This document shows, in pieces, positions 15,130-16,637 of a DNA stretch of 16,637 nucleotides. The stretch comes from Candidatus Heimdallarchaeota archaeon. GTDB lineage: Archaea; Asgardarchaeota; Heimdallarchaeia; Hodarchaeales; Hodarchaeaceae. The notes under the pieces are model-generated. The model searched no databases. It was not told where the DNA came from and saw only the letters and a list, made by a program, of their open reading frames with translations. Every line of letters begins with the position of its first letter. The stretch's first letter is position 1. The position numbers and the translations under genes are program-made. The DNA lies in the NCBI GenBank assembly GCA_019057635.1, contig DXJL01000121.1, positions 1 through 16,637 of the forward strand. Reading direction: 5' to 3'.

Positions 15130-16389
15130 ATGGCAAGTAAACGTTTTATTTTAATAAATACACCCCCAATAGCTGTAGGTGTTGGGTTTCTTCTCATACT
15201 CCTGATTCCGCAGGTAGCTATGGCAACGATAAATGAAGATATACCAGTTGATACTGAATATACTTCTGGGATAATTACTCAACAAGATACAACCATGAAA
15301 ATTTCTTATGCTTGGGTTAATTCTAATTCATCGGAATTATTATCAATCTCATTATTTGATGATATATACAAAGTAGCCCTCTTTCGTCCCTTTTTTGGCC
15401 AATCGTATGAGGTAGATGAGAGCTCCTTTTTTGTTGGAACCATCCTCACAGGTTTTGAATTATTTCAGGATAGTAACGGGAACAATGTTCTTGATCAAGC
15501 TGAGGAACTCAAATACTATATTATGCTAAATGCTTCTCAGGAATACATTTTACCTACAGTAGAGAAAACAATTATTGATAATATTACTCGTTATACTTGG
15601 AAAATTTGTTATCTAGAAATAGATGGGTTTTTCAATCCATATGAAGGGCTTTATAATGCAATAACAATTATAGAAAGTTTTAATCTATCTTATACATATG
15701 ACATCCATGAAAACTATACAGAATTGAAGTTAGCAATCGAAATGGGAGAATGGGATGCATACGAATTTGATTTTGATATCGGCACAGGTGGACTAACTCG
15801 AATAGCTGACATAGATTTAGACGATTATAGTCTATCATTGCTATTTGGTACAACGGTTAGTAGTGAAGAACCCTTTAAGTTAACAATGTACAATGGTTCA
15901 ACTGGACTAGAGGATTTACGTGTCGAAGTAAGTGGGATACCAATTTTTCAATCGTTATTTCAAGACACATACGATTTGGGTTTAAATGGATCTGCCTATC
16001 AAGCAACCACTACACCAGCGAGTGTGGATACATTATATGATGAGCAATTACAAGTCTGGGGTACTCCTGCAGCTTTTTACACCTGGTGGCAAAACTGGTT
16101 TCCCGCAATGAGTAATTTAACATCCGTTCCTGCAATTGAACTCGAGGAAGTTTCATTTCTCTATAGAATATGTTACCCAACTTGGGGTGGTGAACCTTTC
16201 AATCACGATCCGAGATATCGGGCCTTATTCGATGGTGAACTGAATCTCCCTCAAACAACAACTCCAACTTCAACCACAATTCCCCCCTCGACTACTACTA
16301 CGGTGGATATTACCTCAATAGAACTATCTGTCGGGTTTATCGCATTATTTCTACTTGCTATCCCCTTTACTCGGAAACGCAGGAACTAA
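15130..16389 (+). CDS. Secreted, C-terminally membrane-anchored acidic surface protein
   Basis: N-terminal signal peptide (basic, hydrophobic, AMA|T), Asp/Glu-rich beta-type body, DSNGNNVLD Ca-loop-like motif, several N-x-S/T sequons, Thr/Pro linker, TM helix and RKRRN tail. Confidence 0.85.
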   Translation: MASKRFILINTPPIAVGVGFLLILLIPQVAMATINEDIPVDTEYTSGIITQQDTTMKISYAWVNSNSSELLSISLFDDIYKVALFRPFFGQSYEVDESSFFVGTILTGFELFQDSNGNNVLDQAEELKYYIMLNASQEYILPTVEKTIIDNITRYTWKICYLEIDGFFNPYEGLYNAITIIESFNLSYTYDIHENYTELKLAIEMGEWDAYEFDFDIGTGGLTRIADIDLDDYSLSLLFGTTVSSEEPFKLTMYNGSTGLEDLRVEVSGIPIFQSLFQDTYDLGLNGSAYQATTTPASVDTLYDEQLQVWGTPAAFYTWWQNWFPAMSNLTSVPAIELEEVSFLYRICYPTWGGEPFNHDPRYRALFDGELNLPQTTTPTSTTIPPSTTTTVDITSIELSVGFIALFLLAIPFTRKRRN

Positions 16390-16465
16390 CTGTTCCTGAA
16401 CATTTTTTCACAAGATTTTCCGCAATAAATGATTCCACGTAATTTTTATAGAATAGGTTAGTCGA

Positions 16466-16637
16466 TTAGCGCTTTTTTCTCCGAGCATAAAACAAATACT
16501 CATCCTTGCCCTGAATAAGTTCAATATCTTGATCATCTGTCAACCCCATTTGTGAAATAAACTCTTTTGGTATTAATAATTTACTTTCTTTAATTTTAGA
16601 GGTGAATTTTTCTGCTCCTTTGAATGATGGAGCAGGA
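16466..16637 (-). CDS. 3' end of a protein with an AbrB/MazE/SpoVT-like swapped-hairpin domain (starts beyond the right edge); not in the ORF track
   Basis: Manual translation ...PAPSFKGAEKFTSKIKESKLLIPKEFISQMGLTDDQDIELIQGKDEYLFYARRKKR*. It fits the AbrB pattern SK[IV]....L.IPKE....[LM]GL...D.[IV]E. Confidence 0.6.
   Translation of the reverse strand, partial: PAPSFKGAEKFTSKIKESKLLIPKEFISQMGLTDDQDIELIQGKDEYLFYARRKKR

Noticed and set aside
16252-16302. ACT/ACA-rich low-complexity repeat
   Set aside because: Explained by the Thr/Pro linker of the surface protein; not a DNA-level repeat element.
16612-16635. Hairpin CTGCTCC-N10-GGAGCAG
   Set aside because: Lies inside the partial AbrB-like coding frame; a 7-bp stem is plausible by chance.
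1-16637. CRISPR array, tRNA, rRNA or IS element
   Set aside because: Intergenic gaps are short and AT-rich. I saw no regularly spaced repeats, GC-rich structured RNA or transposase. The GGTTCGAGATCC at 4821-4832 resembles a tRNA T-loop but has no cloverleaf context.

Overview
AT-rich archaeal chromosomal window. It is probably from an Asgard (Heimdallarchaeia/Hodarchaeales-like) genome; this is inferred from TATA-type promoters, GAGG/AGGTG ribosome-binding sites, LrpA, PolB2, a multi-PAS orphan kinase and a C-terminally anchored surface protein. Left to right: partial TPR protein, ExoIII AP endonuclease, a CoA-transferase-fold A/B pair plus MFS transporter, a divergent LrpA/ferritin pair, an XPB-like SF2 helicase, a PAS histidine kinase, a divergent DNA-damage-tolerance locus (DUF72-zinc ribbon <- -> inactive RadA paralog, small arCOG07300-like protein, PolB2), a surface protein and a partial AbrB-like gene. 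The main candidate system is the 10.3-15.0 kb locus, which looks like a PCNA-tethered archaeal mutasome. Three of its four proteins carry C-terminal PIP-like motifs. The dead RadA paralog keeps an FxxA-like filament-docking motif. The shared promoter has five CAWTTTC copies matching the Sulfolobus damage element ANTTTC. Other notable points: the helicase frame extends 79 codons upstream into a Cys/His zinc finger with no ATG/GTG/TTG start, and the CoA-transferase beta subunit lacks its catalytic Glu. No database searches were run; all calls come from motif recognition.
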